A DNA stretch of 10,497 nt, taken from a bacterium (GTDB lineage Bacteria; Margulisbacteria; Marinamargulisbacteria; UBA817; JABISL01). The position numbers and the translations under genes were made by a program. The stretch's first letter is position 1, and every line of letters starts with the position of its first letter. Where the stretch lies: assembly GCA_018700055.1 (NCBI GenBank), contig JABISL010000058.1, positions 1 to 10,497 of the forward strand. The letters run 5' to 3'. Shown here in pieces: positions 7,544 through 10,497 of this stretch. The notes under the pieces are model-generated. The model saw nothing but the letters and a program-made list of their open reading frames with translations. It searched no databases and was not told the DNA's origin.

Positions 7544-7567
7544 GCTCGGCTCACAGTGGAGCCAAGC
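7544..7567 (-). terminator. Hairpin terminator candidate for the 67-aa gene (minus strand)
   Basis: Minus-strand RNA GCUUGGCUC-CACUGU-GAGCCGAGC forms a 9-bp stem with one G-U wobble. On the plus strand that position is a C-A mismatch, so the structure is strand-biased. It lies 17 nt after the stop (7585) and is followed by AGUAUUUCGAUUU. Confidence 0.45.
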
Positions 7568-7584
7568 AATAGTCGAAATGAAAT

Positions 7585-7788
7585 TTAAGCTTCTTTAGCT
7601 TTGCTTGCTTTCCAATCTGCTTCCGAACAAAACTTAGTTAGTTTAGTTCCAGCGTCTTCTGCTTTGAAAGCATAACGTGTTTGTGAAGATCCGTTTTTCA
7701 ACGTTCTTTCGTATTTAACTTTAGTGATGTCAGATTCTTCGATCTGTACTTTCTCGCGCTTCTTAACGTTGTAAAATTCTACAGCCAT
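7585..7788 (-). CDS. Small basic hypothetical protein (67 aa), Lys-rich; possibly a small nucleic-acid-binding protein
   Basis: Strong RBS AAGGAG 6-7 nt before ATG 7788-7786. Stop TAA 7587-7585 followed by a hairpin. Sequence MAVEFYNVKKREKVQIEESDITKVKYERTLKNGSSQTRYAFKAEDAGTKLTKF has the composition and pattern of small beta-rich DNA/RNA binders. Confidence 0.6.
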   Translation of the reverse strand: MAVEFYNVKKREKVQIEESDITKVKYERTLKNGSSQTRYAFKAEDAGTKLTKFCSEADWKASKAKEA

Positions 7789-7829
7789 GTTATTTCTCCT
7801 TTGATTCCCAGTAATACAAACTTTACGTA

Positions 7830-7858
7830 GATTCTAGCGCACACGCCCGAAAATTTGA
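7830..7858 (-). promoter_or_regulatory. Candidate promoter for the 67-aa gene (TTCAAA-N17-TAGAAT on the minus strand)
   Basis: Reverse complement of 7830..7858 gives TTCAAATTTTCGGGCGTGTGCGCTAGAAT, about 40 nt upstream of the ATG. Hexamers 4/6 and 5/6. Confidence 0.3.
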
Positions 7859-8137
7859 AGGGGTTTATGCGCAGGGCTTTATCTGAGCACCTTTTCCCCT
7901 TAAAAAACGTCACCAAATCTCTTGACCTCTAGGCACGCTTTCTCCAAAAATATTGCGGTTGTTTTTCAAAAAGCAGCTATCTATACCTTCAGGATGAAAA
8001 ATCAGATCAAACCCTACTTAATATGGATAAGATCTTGGTCTACCAGAAGACCGCTAATGGGTGTAACCTTTAGATGTCTATCTATAGAATTATAAATTAT
8101 TAACTTGGGCAGTTTGCATATATTAAGGAGACTAAGC

Positions 8138-8986
8138 ATGACATTTATAGCACTCATTGGAATTATTTTATTTATTGGATCAGGGGTTCGTATTGTACGG
8201 CCTGTTGACGTTGGCATCGTTGAGTTTTTGGGACGGTTTTCTAAAAAAGCAAACCCGGGGTTCAATTGGATTTTTCCCGGATTACATAAGATGTATAAAA
8301 TTAATATCACAGAGCGGCGTGTTGATATTGAGCCTCAGTCAATTATTACGAAAGACAAATTAAATGCTGAAGTGGACGGCGTCGTCTATTATCGTGTCTC
8401 TGATGCTCAAAAGGCACTATATAACGTCAATAACTTCGCCCTATCTGTCCCCTCACTTGCGAAGACAACACTTAGAGCTGTTATTGGAAAAATGACACTA
8501 ACCGAGGCGAATGAAAACAGAGATACGATTAATCAAGAAGTTGAGAATGTTTTGGATAAAGAAGTGAATTCCTGGGGAATAAATGTAGTTCGAGTAGAAC
8601 TCCAACGCATCGAGCCACCAGAAGATGTCCAAATTGCTATGAACCAGGTCGTGAAAGCTGAAAACGAGAAAATTGCAGCTTTGGACCTTGCCACCGCGAT
8701 CGAAACGAAAGCTGACGGTGAACGTCGTGCCGAAATCAAAAAAGCCGAAGGGATTGCAATGGCAATCAAACTAAAAGCCGAAGCCGATGGTGAAGCAATT
8801 AAAGTAGTAAATGACGCTGCCGAAAAACATTTCGTAGGCAATGCTCAGCTTCTTAAAAAACTAGAGACTGTTAGTGAAGCCCTTAAAGAGAATGCGAAGG
8901 TTATTGTCCCCGCAGGCAGTAGCTTAGTGAATGTCGTTGGGGATTTGGCGGGGACGACTATTCCGATTTCTATTGATGGGGAGTAG
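8138..8986 (+). CDS. SPFH/band-7 (stomatin/prohibitin/HflC-K-like) membrane protein
   Basis: N-terminal TM helix MTFIALIGIILFIGSG. SPFH core (RVDIEPQSIITKDKLNAEVDGVVYYRVSDAQKALYNV...LRAVIGKMTLTEANENRDTIN). C-terminal Ala/Glu/Lys-rich coiled coil. AAGGAG 8125-8130, 7 nt before ATG 8138. The ORF track's 8105 start is a TTG extension. Stop TAG 8984-8986. Confidence 0.85.
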   Translation: MTFIALIGIILFIGSGVRIVRPVDVGIVEFLGRFSKKANPGFNWIFPGLHKMYKINITERRVDIEPQSIITKDKLNAEVDGVVYYRVSDAQKALYNVNNFALSVPSLAKTTLRAVIGKMTLTEANENRDTINQEVENVLDKEVNSWGINVVRVELQRIEPPEDVQIAMNQVVKAENEKIAALDLATAIETKADGERRAEIKKAEGIAMAIKLKAEADGEAIKVVNDAAEKHFVGNAQLLKKLETVSEALKENAKVIVPAGSSLVNVVGDLAGTTIPISIDGE

Positions 8987-9062
8987 GTGAAAGGCCGTTA
9001 CCTTTGGAATATATGAACCCCCTCCTCGCTCAGTAAAGAAAGTTTCGTTATACTAGTCCACT

Positions 9063-10497
9063 ATGGATTATTCACCCGGATCAATTGAAACGAAATGGCA
9101 AGACCAATGGGATAAAGATGGCATCTACAAGGCGACTGAGGATAAGGATCCAGTCTATGTCTTAGAGATGTTTCCATACCCCTCTGGAAACCTCCACATG
9201 GGGCATGTTCGAAACTATTCTATCGGTGATACGTATGCCAGATATCAACGGATGAATGGCAAGTCGGTCTTGTATCCCATGGGATTCGATAGTTTTGGAT
9301 TACCTGCAGAGAATGCCGCTATTAAAAAAGGCGTTAATCCCAGAAAATGGACGGCAGCCAACATTGAATCGATGAAGGTGCAGTTCAAGAGTCTCGGACT
9401 CTCCTATGATTGGGATAGAGAATTGGCCTCATTTAGACCAGATTACTATAAATGGAACCAATGGATATTTAATAAACTCTATGAAAAAGGCCTCATCTAC
9501 CGCAAAAAAGGATGGGTCAATTGGGACCCTGTCGATCAAACGGTCTTGGCCAATGAACAGGTACTCGACGGCAAAGGCTGGCGCTCTGGTGCTCCTGTTG
9601 AGAAAAAAGATATCGATCAATGGTATCTCCGCATAACGGATTACGCCGAAGAACTACTAACGGATCTAGACAGCCTTACGGAATGGCCTGAACGGGTTAT
9701 TACGATGCAGCGAAACTGGATCGGCAAGAGTACCGGGACCCAATTAACCTTCCAAGTGGTTACCGAATCCGGCGACTCCGTAGGATCCATTGATGTATTT
9801 ACTACTCGACCTGACACCTTGTTCGGCGTGACATATCTAAGTCTCGCCCCCGAACATGAGTTATGCAAAACGCTAAAGCAATATTCTAATGACCCCGATG
9901 CAATTGAAACCTACGTTCAGTCGTCGATGAGTAAAACGTCGATCGAACGTGGCAATGCGGATCAAGAAAAAACAGGCGTTAACACAGGATGCTATGTCAT
10001 CAATCCTGTAAATGGCGACAAGTGTCCCTTATTTATTGCGGACTATGTCCTGATGGACTACGGAACTGGTGCTGTAATGGCGGTTCCAGCACATGACACT
10101 AGGGATTTTGCATTCGCCAAGACATTCGACCTTCCTGTCAAAATCGTCATCTCTCCAGAGGATGAGATACTGGATGCTTCAACACTAGAAGAAGCATTTA
10201 CTGACTCTGGAATACTGGTTAATTCCGCAGAATTCGATGGTAGAAATAGTAACGCAGCAAAAAAAGAAATTACAACCTGGCTCGAAGAAAAAGGCTATGG
10301 CAAAGCGGTGGTTCAGTACCGTCTCCGCGATTGGTTAATTTCTCGTCAGCGTTATTGGGGAACGCCTATCCCAATGCTCTACGACGAAGCCGGTGAGCCA
10401 CGTCCCGTACCAGAAGACATGCTCCCTGTCGTCCTACCTGAAGATGTCACTTTCGATGGGAAGGGAAACCCCTTAGAAACATCTCCTTCTTTTAATA
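9063..10497 (+). CDS. leuS: Leucyl-tRNA synthetase, N-terminal about 478 codons (continues past the window end)
   Basis: Translating from ATG 9063 gives [90 protein letters not shown], the class I HMGH motif with near-identity in pattern to E. coli LeuS ([29 protein letters not shown]). Later segments ([18 protein letters not shown]) also match. No stop in the window, so it is absent from the ORF track. Confidence 0.95.
   Translation, partial: [478 protein letters not shown]

Noticed and set aside
7993-8097. 34-codon ORF (MKNQIKPYLIWIRSWSTRRPLMGVTFRCLSIEL) in the 349-bp divergent intergenic region
   Set aside because: There is no convincing RBS spacing (AGGA directly abuts the ATG). The composition is typical of AT-rich noncoding DNA, and nothing else supports it.
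7789-8137. RNase P RNA, tmRNA or 6S RNA in the long 349-bp intergenic region
   Set aside because: There is no AAGTCCGG P4 motif, no GGGGCTGATTCTGGATTCGAC-like tmRNA 5' end, and no recognisable conserved core. The region is better explained as two divergent promoters.
8989-9007. Hairpin after the SPFH gene (aaagg-ccgtta-ccttt) as an intrinsic terminator
   Set aside because: The stem is only 5 bp and AT-rich, and it is followed by ggaatatatg rather than a T-run. Read-through into leuS is as likely.

Overview
This window looks like a conserved housekeeping chromosomal segment, and I found no defence, secretion, toxin or CRISPR-Cas machinery in it. It most likely comes from a Gram-negative-type bacterium: it is about 40% GC, uses strong Shine-Dalgarno sites, and encodes a signal-peptide-bearing SurA-like PPIase. 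Gene order is: a stand-alone CheY-like response regulator (+); then a minus-strand run of ispE, a PpiC-type PPIase, a small coupled ORF, a membrane-anchored class-A-beta-lactamase-fold serine hydrolase, an M16 zinc peptidase, pnp and rpsO; a small basic 67-aa ORF (-); then an SPFH/band-7 protein (+) and the 5' part of leuS (+), which runs off the window end and is therefore missing from the ORF track. The most unusual sequence-level feature is a composite repeat locus at 560..717, where the response-regulator gene and ispE converge. Two perfect 27-bp direct repeats flank an 86-bp spacer that holds nested palindromes; the second repeat copy supplies the last six codons and stop of ispE, and an imperfect 15-bp motif is also duplicated. 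A second structured spot is a tandem pair of hairpins (9-bp and 20-bp stems) upstream of rpsO. Several ORF-track N-termini are TTG/GTG extensions and have been trimmed to the likely ATG starts.
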